DNA of 64,000 nt, taken from the NCBI RefSeq assembly GCF_006345805.1, contig NC_043002.1:111662001-111726000 (forward strand). The letters run 5' to 3'. Of this stretch, positions 10,170-23,700 are shown in pieces (positions within the stretch are counted from its first letter, which is position 1; the number at the start of each line of letters is the position of its first letter). The notes under the pieces were generated by a model, which had not been told where the DNA came from, did not search any database, and was given only the letters and a program-made list of their open reading frames with translations. The position numbers were made by a program, and so were the translations under genes. The stretch comes from Octopus sinensis. Its lineage: Eukaryota.

Positions 10170-13100
10170 GTAAGTCAATGATTCCTAACAGTTGCCATGT
10201 GTCTTCCAAGTTGGCTCCTTTCATTCGGTTTTTGCCTTTAAGATTCGTTTCTTGTTCATTCATACTTGTATTTTATTTCCACATGATGCGGCTCGGAGTG
10301 AGATAACATATTTCTCTTTCATTATCTAAATTCATTGTCAATATTTTAATTAAACGTGTTAATTGTTTTCGCCCCTTTCAAACTCCCTAAACAAACTCCG
10401 CCTTTTTTTCTTCAGCCGAAACCTGTCAGACCCACCTTATTTATTTATCATTTTTGTTTATTTCTACTCAACGCTGTCAGTTTATATTAATTGCTTTTCT
10501 TTAATTCTTTTGATGTTAACGTTTGCTAAGAACATCCACCCACAAAAATGTTTATTCTACTTTAATTCTCTTCCCTTCATTCTCATCCTGTCTTACAAAG
10601 AAATGAACATTTTCAAATTCTATGAAACAAAACTTGTTTGGATGAAGACAAGAGTCTACACAATTAACCTACCTCCAATTAACCTTCCTCCATCGTGTAT
10701 GTTTTGGCTTGTTCGCCTTCCAGTAATGTTCATCTCCCAACTGTTGCTTTGTCTTATCCACCTCAGCTTATATTTATTTCTTCAGAATAATGTTAAGTTG
10801 ACAAATCCAGTTTTGAGGAGGCTCTTTTCACTCTTTTACTCGTTTCAGTCATTTGACTGCGGCCATGCTGGAGCACCGCATTTAGTCGAGCAAATCGACC
10901 CCGGGACTTATTCATTTTGTAAGCCCAGTACTTATTCTATCGGTCTCTTTTTGCCGAACCGCTAAGTGACGAGGACGTAAACACACCAGTATCGGTTGTC
11001 AAGCAATGCTAGGGGAACAAACACACACACACATATATATACATATATACGACAGGCTTCTTTCAGTTTCCGTCTACCAAATCCACTCACAAGGCATTGG
11101 TCGGCCCGGGGCTATAGCAGAAGACACTTGCCCAAGATGCCACGCAGTGGGACTGAACCCAGAACCATGTGGTTGGTTAGCAAGCTACTTACCACACAGC
11201 CACTCCTGCGCCTATTAGGCTGGTCATAATATATTTGTAGAAAAGAAAAGAGATTGATTAAATGCTTAAGAAACTCTTACTATTTACTACAGAGAAAAAG
11301 CGTTTTGATTAAAGAAATTTCATGTCAGTAATTAATTGTAAAGGAATGTTTCCACCTTTTCTTTTTTTCTTTCTTTCTATCTTTTTACCTTTAGAATAAA
11401 TGTTATGATGTTAGGTTCCTACATATTCTGTCATTCTCCAAACCCAGGCTCTTGGAAAGTAGTGTCTGCTAACGCTTAATTAGTCTCTACAAGTTTACGA
11501 TTTAAATGTTTTGAATTTTGTAAAAAAGTTCTGAAAAGTTATATATAAACAAACTTTTAAAAGAGCTTATTTCTCCAAAATCTATCCAATATTGACCTTG
11601 GCCTTGCTCAGATATTAATTTCAATTTCTGGAAGATTATTGACTAAATCCTATTAATGGGAAAGAAGGGAAAAAAAACTGCATTTGAGAAATAATCTTGG
11701 ATTGTTGAAAAGTGTAGAGAAACTTTTTGACACTTCAAAGTAAGAGTGGTTCCCGCCTTTATAGAGTTGTACTGTTGGCGGAGTAACATTTTGTTTTTTT
11801 AGCTTTGCTAAACCTTAATTTGTGACACACCCACAACTCTTGTTGCTACCAGTTACCCCTTGTTTCATGACACCGATGGGTTTATTATATTAACTGCCTG
11901 TAACCAACGAGGGAACGTCTAGGCGGTCACTTGACCTGCTAGAAATAGCAACCAAATCTGCTTTGAATCACGTTAAAAAAATGAAAGTGTAGATTGTAAA
12001 AATGTGTGAATAGTGCGTATGAAAAAGATGGGACAGTCGTGGTTGGAATGCCTCATAAGTTTACTCTGCGGACGACATTTGGAAGATGCGAATTACTAGT
12101 CATTGCATTACAGTCAAAGAGGATCAAAAGAAATATTTCTGTAAACTATAAACATTAAGTTGTGTATCTTTTTTCCATTTACCTCAGTTGTGAGGTGGAA
12201 ATTTTCTTTAGCGTCCACAACGATGCTAATTTCGTTGTGAATACGGCGCAACAGCGTTTAACCCTCTCCCTTAGGATGCTGAATTCCCTTCCGATTGCCT
12301 ATATTGATAACTAGTTGAAACATTTGAGTTCCATTTTTCTTAATTCCTACAAGAAAAACAAAATCCCCGACTCTTGATTACTGATTAATGACATGATTTG
12401 TTTACCCAAGTACATCATAATCGTGGTTTCTACAATACAAATATTGATTTTTACAATGGCATAAAACAAAATTTGTAAGGAAGAGTGAAGTCGATCCAGC
12501 CTGTCTTTATCGTCCACAAAGGAAAAGACAAATTCGGAGTTTGAACTTGGAAGGTATTTGAGGTTTCTGGGCCGAAGCTCTTATTTCTGTCCCAAATTTC
12601 CTAATGTTTTGTTGTGTGGGGTTCGTTGGAACATATGTTTTGGTTTTGTTTCATCATCATCATCATCATTTAGCGTCCGCCTTCCATGGGTTGGACGGTT
12701 CGACCAGGGTCTGGGGAGCCAAGGGCTGCCCCAGGCTCCAGTCTGATCTGGCAGTGTTTCTACGGCTGGATGCCCTTCCTAACGCCAACCACTCCGCGAG
12801 TGTAGTGGGTGCTTTTTACGTGCCACCTGCACAGGTGCCAGGGGGGTCTGGCATCGGCCACGATCAGTCGGTGCTTTTTTTTTTTTTTTTTTTTTGTGCT
12901 ACCGGCACAGAAGCCAGTCAAGGCGGTGCTGACATCGGTCACGTTCGGATGGTGCTTGTGATAAAAAAATATTCAAGAGATGTCATCATGACAAACGTTT
13001 GCCAATTCAATGCCAGCTGTTTTCTTAAGCCCGTCGTATATATGTGTATATATATATATATATGCGTGTGTGTGTCTGTGTTCGTCCCCCTAGCATTGCT

Positions 13101-13802
13101 TGACAACCGATGCTGGTGTGTTTATGTCCCCGTCATTTAGCGGTTCGGCAAAAGAGACCGATAGAATAAGTACTGGGCTTACAAAAGAATAAGTCCCAGG
13201 GTCGAGTTGCTCGATTAACGGCGGTGCTCCAGCATGGCTGCAGTCAAATGACTGAAACAAGTAAAGGAGAGTGCTGAGGTGCACCACAACTAAATTCATT
13301 TACTCTACTTCAAACGAGCTCTGGCCGAGTGGACCTATTCTTTTTTATATTTTGTTTCACTCCAACTACAGTTTACACTCATACCACATTTTTCATAGTG
13401 TTCCACTTATCTAAGATGGTAAGATGTGATTTGAAAGAAACCCGGCTGGCCGGTAGTAAAATTGCTGTGTGAAGGCTGTCAGCGAGGAAGTTAAGCAAGA
13501 AAATTTGGGCATAAGGGGCATCAGATGTAGTGTGCACAAGAGAAGCCTGCCCTGGTATGGTCATGTGTATGGATGAAAACAGGTGCATATCATCATCGTC
13601 ATACTCTTTTACTCTTTTACTTGTTTCAGTCATTTAACTGCGGCCATGCTGGAGGACCGCCTTTTTTTAGTCGACCAGATCGACCCCGGGACTTATTCTT
13701 TGTAAGCCCAGTACTTATTCTATCGGTCTCTTTTGCCGAACCGCTAAGTGACGGGGACGTAAACACAACAGCATCGGTTGTCAAGCAATGCTAGGGGGAC
13801 AA

Positions 13803-13834
<32 letters not shown>

Positions 13835-14689
13835 GCGTGTGTGTGTCTGTGTTCGTCCCCCTAGCATTGCTTGACAACCGATGCTGGTGTGTTTATGTCC
13901 CCGTCATTTAGCGGTTCGGCAAAAGAGACCGATAGAATAAGTACTGGGCTTACAAAAGAATAAGTCCCGGGGTCGAGTTGCTCGATTAACGGCGGTGCTC
14001 CAGCATGGCTGCAGTCAAATGACTGAAACAAGTAAAGGAGAGTGCTCAGGTGCACCACAACTAAATTCATTTACTCTACTTCAAACGAGCTCTGGCCGAG
14101 TGGACCTATTCTTTTTTATATTTTGTTTCACTCCAACTACAGTTTACACTCATACCACATTTTTCATAGTGTTCCACTTATCTAAGATGGTAAGATGTGA
14201 TTTGAAAGAAACCCGGCTGGCCGGTAGTAAAATTGCTGTGTGAAGGCTGTCAGCGAGGAAGTTAAGCAAGAAAATTTGGGCATAAGGGGCATCAGATGTA
14301 GTGTGCACAAGAGAAGCCTGCCCTGGTATGGTCATGTGTATGGATGAAAACAGGTGCATATCATCATCGTCATACTCTTTTACTCTTTTACTCTTTTACT
14401 CTTTTACTCTTTTACTCTTTTACTCTTTTACTCTTTTACTCTTTTACTCTTTTACTCTTTTACTCTTTTACTCTTTTACTCTTTTACTCTTTTACTCTTT
14501 TACTCTTTTACTTGTTTCAGTCATTTAACTGTGGTCATGCTGGAGAACCGCCTTTAGTCGACCAGATCGACCCCGGGACTTATTCTTTGTAAGCCCAGTA
14601 CTTATTCTATCGGTCTCTTTTGCCGAACCGCTAAGTGACGGGGACGTAAACACAACAGCATCGGTTGTCAAGCAATGCTAGGGGGACAA

Positions 14690-14724
<35 letters not shown>

Positions 14725-17715
14725 CACATATATACGACAGGCTTCTTTCAGTTTCCATCTACCAAATCCACTCGCAAGGCATTGGTCGGCCCGGGGCTAT
14801 AGTAGAAGACACTTGCCCAAGATGCCACGCAGTGGGACTGAACCCGGAACCATGTGGTTGGTTAGCAAGCTACTTACCACACAGCCACTCCTGCACCTAT
14901 CATTTTGTTTGAAGCAAATCAAGGGACATCCTTGATTTGCTTGAAACAATGGCTAAATCTCTCCGTGTCACAGATTGCTGTTTTTAGATTTTCATTTTGG
15001 TTAAGATCCAAATTTATTGATGAAAATATTTTTTACTCATATTTTGGATAAAAATCTAAAACGAAACTAAGCATGAAATCCTGACCGTGATATTTACCTA
15101 TTTACCTGCGTAAAGATCAAAATAATTATTTCTCGTAGTTTGACGGGTGTGGCTATATGGTAAGAAGTTTGCATCCCAACCACTTTGTTCAAGGTTCTGT
15201 CTCACTGCTTGGCGCTTTGGCGAGTGTCTTCTTGTACCCTTAACGTAGTTCTCGGGGATATTCAGCGTGACGCAGAGAGTGACAAGGCCGGCCCTTTGAA
15301 ATACAGGTACAACAGAAACAGGAAGTAAGAGTGAGAGAAAGTTGTGGTGAAAGAGTACAGCAGGGATCACCACCATCCCCTGCCAGAGCCTCGTGGAGCT
15401 TTAGGTGTTTTCGCTCAATAAACACTCAAAACGCCCGGTCTGGGAATCGAAACCGTGAGTCCGCTGCCCTAACCACTGGGCCATTGTGCCTCCACACAAA
15501 TAAACAGTGACCAGTTTTATTAGTAGCGTAAATGTGAAATTCGTCAGTGGATATTAAGACTTAAGTGGATATTAAGACTATGGGGCGGAGCCGACCAAAA
15601 TCTTGTGAGTGAATTTAGTTGATAGAAACTGAAAGAAGCCTGGTGTGTGTGTGTTCATGTCTCCTTGCCTTGACTTCAAGTGGTAACTGTAAACAAGTGT
15701 CACCATCAAGCAACTGGTGTCCTTTGTTTCCAATCTTCTGTGAAAGCATGTCTGGTCAGGAGCAGATGTGAGGGTTGGCAATGAGGCCATCTGACTGTAG
15801 AAAATCTTCCACTATAAATTCCGTCCAACCAATGCAAGCATGGAAAAGTGGATATTGAACTTATTATGATGGCATAAATCTGAAAATGGTATTGTTGAAA
15901 ACTCTTTGGATACTCTTTTCTTCCCCTCTCTATGTATTGTGAGTAGTGCTACTCAAAGTGGTGGTCTGTGGACAGGTGCCAGTCCTTGAGCCATCAGCTG
16001 CTGGTATGTGGCAGATTTCCAGTAAAGACAGGGACCTTATAAAATGTTTATGTAATATTGTATTATTTGTTTACAAAATAAATATGAGATAAAAAAAAAT
16101 TGTCAACTTTTATTATATTCATTACTAGCAGTATCGCCCGGCGTTGCTCGGGTTTGTAAGGGAAATAACTATATAAGCATTTTTAGAGATGTAAAGTATA
16201 AAAGCCATCTCAATATGGTTAACCACAAAGGGGGGGTGTTACTGTAGCTTTTTACGTTCTGAGATTTAATAATAAATTTTTTTAGAGAGTTACTTCCCTT
16301 ATATATGCCAAAAATGCATTAAAAATGTGAAAAATTGATGGTAAATTTTTTTTAAAATTGTAGACTCATCGTAGACACGCGCTAATACCCAGAAGGGCTC
16401 GATATGAATCACGACTATAAGATACCTGGTTTTGGTTAAACTGCACCGCAAAATGTGGGAGTAGTTAGGAATCTAAATCGTAGGAGAAAGCACACAACCT
16501 CTCTTTTATATATAAAGATTATATATATTGTTTCCAGTATAAATTAATATTACTAAGAAATATTAGCAGTCTCTGGCACATTGGAAAAAAAAAATTGCTG
16601 GTATGCCCCATCAGATAGTTTGAGAAGCACTGGTCTAGAGGATATTTTGAATTAATTTTCTATAAATGTAATTTTTTTTTTTTTTTTTAGGACAGTTGAT
16701 TCAAAATCTTTTAGAATTCATTGTCATTAATTATAAATACGAATTTTTTTCACAATTATTTATGTGTAATTATTTTACTAACTTTGGTGGGGTTAAATGG
16801 AAAGTTAATTCTTATGGGATACTGAGAAAATTCATGAGCTAGTTAGATGTTTTGGTTAACCTGTTAGCAGAAAACAACTCTCAAAAGCTCAATCACTTGT
16901 GTTAGCAGTGCGGACACTAATTGTTTACCATTTAAATTACCTTATCCAAAGAAGTCCATATCAATTTCTGTTTAACTTCCTTTAACCCCTTAACCCTTTC
17001 GTTACTGTATTTATTTTGAGATGCTCTGTGTTTCTTTCAATTACTTTAAATATAACAAAGAATTTAGTAAAATAACTTAGTAATCATTAAGCTAGTATTA
17101 GGAACATAGATTTTGACTAAGATTTGGTGGAAGATTTTAATTGAAACCTTAAGAAAACAAGACAATTGTACAACAGAGCCAGAACCGGTTTCAGATGGGT
17201 TGGTAACAAAAGGGTTAATGGATCAATTATTTTGACATGGCATTTCATTTCAGAACATATTTTTTTTATTTCTTTTTTTATTTTATACACTGTTAATTAC
17301 AAAAAAAAGTTGTTTTTTTTTATCTTGTTTCCTTTATTTTTTATTATAGAAATTAAAATGTACTTTTACTCATTTGGATTTAAACGAGTTAACTCAGACA
17401 TTGAAAAAATACACATAACTTAACTATCTTCGATTTTTTTATATGTATTGCTTTTAAATCAAAAATATTTTTAAAAATGAGATTGACAGTTTATTTAAAA
17501 TGATAATTTTTAAAACAAGAAGTTATCTTGCAGACATCACACAAGTTCTTTTGTTCTTTTAGTCATTTGACTGCAGCCATGCTGGAGCACCGCCTTTAGT
17601 CGAGCAAATCGACCCCGGGACTTATTCTATCGATCTCTTTTGCTGAACCGCTAAGTGACGGGGACGTAAACGCACCAGCATCAGTTGTGAAGCAATGCTA
17701 GGGGGACAAACACAA

Positions 17716-17762
<47 letters not shown>

Positions 17763-20700
17763 TACGACAGGCTTCTTTCAGTTTCCGTCTACCAAATCCA
17801 CTCACAAGGCATTGGTCGGCCCGAGGCTATAGTAGAAGACACTTGCCCAAGATGCCACGCAGTGGGACTGAACCCAGAACCATGTGGTTGGTTAGCAAGC
17901 TACTTGCTTTCTCTTCGAATCAGACAAGCAATTGATTTCGTGCCATGCACGTGCATCTATCTGATTATCTTCTGAAACATTGTCAGAGTCTGAACTCCAT
18001 GTGTCTAATTCATCCCCAGAGCTTCCCAGATTATGAAAGGAAAAATCGCTTTCATGATCGCTGAATATAACTAAATCTTCATCCGTTTTGAGAAGAAAAA
18101 AATGCGTAAATAATTCTCTTATTTGTATAAATAATAGAGAATCAAAACGAGACGGTTCTAAAATGACATCAACCTCCTCCTGAATCTGAGAATGCACCGA
18201 AGTAATGGTTCAAAACTCAGAAGCAGAAATTCTTTGAAATGGCGCCAGAATATGTGTTGCCAGGTGTACGACAAGGCGAGTAAATTCGTGATTGCTCAAA
18301 AATGAAACGACACAAAACAAATAAACTCGTTTGAGTGCTGGCATGTAAAAACCACCATCCGTCCGTGGCCGGTTGCCAGCTCCGTCTGGCACCTGTGCCA
18401 GTGGCACGTAAAAAGCACCATCCGTTCGTGACCGTTGCCAGCCTCGCCTGGCCCCCGTGCCGGTGGCACATAAAAAGCACCATCCGTTCGTGGCCGTTTG
18501 CCAGCTCCGTCTGGCACCTGTGCGGGTGGCACGTAAAAAGCACCCACTACACTCAGGAGTGGTTGGTGTTAGGAAGAGCATCCAGCCGTAGAAACACTGC
18601 CAGATCAGACTGGGCCTGATGCAGCCTTCTGGCTTCACAGACCCCAGTTGAACCATCCAACCCATGCTAGCATGGAAAGCGGACGCTAAATGATGATACT
18701 CGTCTGGTTCTAAAAAGATACATTTGCGATGCACGAGTAAATTCGGGATAATCGATTAAGGGATTATAGAAATCGAGCCAATAGAGGAACCTCTGTGCAG
18801 TTGTTTGCCTGGCTAGAAATAAAAACCACTTCTTCAAATCACTCTTTCCCTTATGCAAAACGATTGGCTGGTTGCAGCTAAAATTCTTTTTAACATGAGT
18901 TTAAAGATGATAAGACTAAGCAACAACAATCTTTATGAATTGTCTTTTGTGTCCGAATTATCATTTAAGTAAACCTACTCGTTAAGTCATGCTTCTGCTG
19001 TTAGTATTTCTGTGTAACCATTTATTGCATTGCTTGTTGCAGGCTAGGGGCACACCTCGTGATTCATTGCCACCAAAACCTCCTGTGAAGAGTGCACCTC
19101 CATTCAGCCGAATATTTGCCCTTCGTTTGCAACAGAAAGCATTACCTGTATCATTCCATAAAACAAACAACAATATCCTTTTAATGTTTGCAGAAATTGT
19201 AGTTTTGTATGTGAAAATGTGTAAATAATTTTCTTTCAAAAGTCACTTTTCAACATCTGTAATACTAATGTAATAATATTACATACAATGCTTAGTTGTA
19301 CAAAACTGTTTAGCATCTATTATCCAGATATGTATACTGTGGCTAGTTGTACTCATGTTAACTGTTTAGTAGCTATAATACTGTTAATATATATTTTAGT
19401 TTTATGAATATAATATTTATTTCATATGTTCTGCCCCCCTTTTTTACAAATAAACTTTATCCTTTAAATTGAATACCTACAATTCTAACTTCAAATGTCA
19501 AATTAATCCTTGCATGAAGAAGTAGTCTGTGTCTACAAATAAACATTTTTTGGAAGCACTCCGTCGGTTACGACGATGAGGGTTCCGGTTGATCCGAATC
19601 AACGGAACAGCCTGCTCGTGAAATTAACGTGTAAGTGGCTGAGCACTCCACAGACACACGTGTACCCTTAACGTAGTTCTCGGGGATATTCAGCGTGACA
19701 CAGAGAGTGACAAGGCCAACCCTTTGAAATACAGGTACAACAGAAACAGGAAGTAAGAGTGAGAGAAAGTTGTGGTGAAAGAGTACAGCAGGGATCACCA
19801 CCATCCCCTGCCGGAGCCTCGTGGATCTTTAGGTGTTTTCACTCAATAAACACTCAAAACGCCCGGTCTGGGAATCGAAACTGCGATCCTACGACCGCGA
19901 GTCCGCTGCCCTAACCACTGGGCCATTGCGCCTCCACACAAAGAAACAGTGACCAGTTCTATTAGTAGCGTAAATGTGAAATTCATCAGTGGATATTAAG
20001 ACTATATACTAATAGGTCATGAGTTTGAATCTGTTTGTATCTATGGATAGAACAGCTTGTTCCAATTCTCAGCCATAGGGACTGGATCATGTGGCAGTTT
20101 TACTTGTAAACAATAGATTTATACACTTTCTGGGGAGAAGTGTGTTTTTCATCTGCTTCATGCTGTGAAATTGGAGTTAAGCACTTGATCCATAAAAACC
20201 CCTTTGGTCTCTCTGGAGATATTTTTGTTTTAGGAGAGCAGTGCAATTGTAAAAGACTGAGCTGATGCACACGATCCAAGTAGAAGAAACCTGCAAAAAA
20301 AATAGGGAGTAGTAGTGAAAAGGGATCTGAGGAGGTCAATGCAGCAAGTAGGGGTATGCTGTGTTGGAGAAGAGCCATGTACACACAGAAAAACTGATGT
20401 GAAGCATTGATAATACAACTCAGACAATCAGGATTCCTGGGATACAGCAGCATCATTTTTATTCCTTTCTCCACTTTTTTTTTTTTTTTGGTACTTACAG
20501 GCACTGAAGCAGTCCCTGAAAATATACCAATTCATTTTCGCTTAATTTTTGCCAATTTACAAGTTTGTTGAGAAAAATGCAACTCTTACTACATATGTCT
20601 GTCTGTATCTTTCCCATGATGTTTCCAGAATTGATTCCTTATCTTGTCTATCTTTACTGAATCCAAACTATGATGAACATAACAAGGAACCTTACTTCAA

Positions 20701-23700
20701 TCAGTGCTTTGAGGTGGTCTCAAAGATTGGAGCTGGTTCATTTGGAGAGGTTTGTATTTTTACTTTATAATAAAGCAAGAAAATATGGGCATAAGAGGCA
20801 TCAGATGTAGTGTGCTCAAGAGAAGCCTGCCCTGGTATGGTCATGTGTGTAGATGAAAACAGGTGCATATCATCATCACCATCATCATCCATCATTTTGA
20901 ATCTGGGTTTTGTCCCTGTTAATGGGGGGTGGCTGGATCTACCTCAATGCCATAGCAACTGCCCTTACACCCTCTTGCCCGGTTTTGGGTGTCCTCCCTT
21001 CTCAAGCCAATCCTCCAAATTTCCTCCTCCACCTGTTCCCTCCACATTTTCCTTGGTCTACCTTGCTTTTGCTGTCCATTTACCTCAAACTCTAGTACCC
21101 TCTTCAGAACATGCTCCTCATCTCTCCTCAGCACATGCCCATACCACTGCACTCCATTCGCCCTTGCCAGCCGTTCCACTGATTCCTCCAACCCCAGCAT
21201 CCCCATCAAGTCCTCAGTCCTCCTCTTATCAACTCACCATTTCCCTGTCAGTCCTTCTCAAAATTGCCATCTCTCTCTCTCCCTCAAACACCATGTCTCA
21301 CTCCCATACAGTATTGCAGCTCTCACACAACTCTTATAGACCCTTCCTTTCACCTTTAATGAGAACCTTTTCCCATATGACAATGTTCCATATTCCCTGA
21401 ACTTCACCCAGCCAAGTCTTGCTCTTGCTGTCACAGCTGCTTTACATCCCCCCTATTCCCCAAATAACAAAACCCTCTCACCATCTCCACCTTGTCGGCT
21501 AGTGTTTCCACTGACTGCCATCCCTCCAGCTTCTTTCTCAAATCTTCCACAAGGGGTCACCTTCTTCATTTTCGTACATCTACCCTGAATCCGTTTCTCA
21601 CATCTCGTACACAACACATTTGCCATTACCCTCCTTCCACATACACCACATGGATCCACCTTACACTTCTCCTTCCACCCCACTCACCATCACCTTTGTC
21701 TTCCCGAGGTTTACCTTCAAATGCCTCCTTTCATTTCCAAAACTTCTCCCTCAATCCCTCCATCGTCTCACTCATCAAAACAAGGTCATCTGCGTACGGT
21801 ATCTCCATTAGCAATCCCTCCTTGCACTCTCTGTCACCACATCAACATCATCATCATCATCGTTTAATGTCCGTTTTCCACGCTAGCATGGGTTGGACGG
21901 TTCGACCGAGGTCTGGGAAGCCAGGGTCTGCACCAGGCTCCAGTCTGATCTGGCAGAGTTTCTACAGCTGGATGCCCTTCTTAACGCCAACCACTCCGCG
22001 AGTGTAGTGGGTGCTTTTTATGTGCCACCTGCACAGCTGCCAGGGGGTCCGGCATCGGCCACGATCGGTTGGAGCTTTTAATGTGCCACCGGCACAGAAG
22101 CCAGCGAAGGTGGCGCTGGTGCAGGAAGCAGCCTGGGTCTTCGCCATTGCCTCAGTGAGGCCCAACGCTCTGAGGTCATGCTTGACTACCTCATCCCATG
22201 TCTTCCTGGGTCTACCTCTCCCCCTGACCACTATTGCAAATAACAATGGTGACAACACAGATCCCTGATGCACACCAACTTTCACCACAAGCTCCTCCCA
22301 CAACTCTGATCCAATTCTCAATCTTGTCTTTACCTCCTCATACAAACTGCTCCCACTGTTACCTCTAGTACACCTCTCTTCCTCAGTACCCACTCAGTCG
22401 CCTTCCTTGGAACCCTATCCTTCCCCGTATCTCAGTATTCCTCCTGCAATCTCCTTACAATGAACACTGCATCTATTGTCCCCCTTCCTGGCATAAAACC
22501 AAATCGCATCTCATCCACATCCATCCCTTTCTGAATTCTCCTCTCCAACACTATCTTCATTGCATGCTCCAATAGCTTCAGTCCTCTATACACCCCATAA
22601 CTCATCGCATCCCCCTTCCCCTTAGTGCCTTATAATCTGGCATTCTCCTCCCATCCAGCATCCCCTGGCAGAGCTCCGTCATCACAATAATCCCTATCAG
22701 TTATCATTTCCACACTTACTTCCGATGGACCAGCTGCCTTTCCTGTTCCTTTCATTTCCTTCATTGCCTCCTCTACTTCTTCCCAACTAACCTGCTCTAC
22801 TGGGCCCTTCATCACAGCAACTTCCACCCTCTGATCCCGTTCATTCTCCTCATTCATAATTCCCTCCATATGCTCCTTCCAAACTCTTCCCCTCTCCTTC
22901 TTCTCACTAAAATTGAACCTTCCATCACTCCCCCTCTTGCATCTTCCTCCCTCAACATCTCTTCCATCATTTTTCATTGATTTAATAAACCTAAACACTA
23001 TCTGGGTTCTCATCCAGCCCGCTCAACCTCTCCTCAGCTTCCTTCCTCATAGATCTCACAACCACCCTCTTTGCACGATTCTTCATTTTGTTATACCTGG
23101 CTTTCATTTGCTCCGTCCTATTATTACATAAAGCTTGCACCCTGGCCCAAAGTTGACCTCGGCAGAATTTGAACTTAGAACGTAAAGACAGACGGTCATA
23201 ATATACAAACATTCCTCATGGCACCAGTACACTGTTTACAGATGCCTACAATTTTTTATGTTTTCCGTGAATTTTTCACGGGTCCAGCTAGTGTAAATGA
23301 TGATGATGATGAAATTCTCTTACTGCTTTACTTCTCAGGTGTACAAAGTTCGGAGCAAAGCAGATGGTCAATACTATGCTGTTAAAAAGTCTAGAGAAGC
23401 ATTTCGTGGAGAATCAGATCGGTAAGTGACTCTTCATGACTGGAAGAACTTACTCACCCTTGTTTCTTCTCTCCATCTCTCTCGGTTGCTACTAACAACA
23501 GTCTCTGTTTTTCTGAACTTGCTTCTTGTAAAAAAAGCACACGTGACTAATCATATTTGATGAATCTTCATTTCCTTGCCATTACATCGTCTCACTGCTT
23601 AGATCCCTATAGTAAATGAATATTCCAGTCTTTTTTTTTATCCCAGACCCCTTCATCTGGAACTGCTTTTGGTTCATATTCTCCACCCCATTCAGCTTAT

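Noticed and set aside
10363-10965. 200-aa ORF in intron 1
   Set aside because: TTG start, low-complexity F/L-rich, and runs into a SINE; no recognisable domain.
14373-14512. Regular short repeat array (CRISPR-like periodicity)
   Set aside because: Pure 8-mer tandem with no spacers; expanded SINE tail in a eukaryote.
17892-18330. Acidic 101-aa ORF resembling a piggyBac transposase N-terminus
   Set aside because: No DDE region or clear termini; too weak to call.
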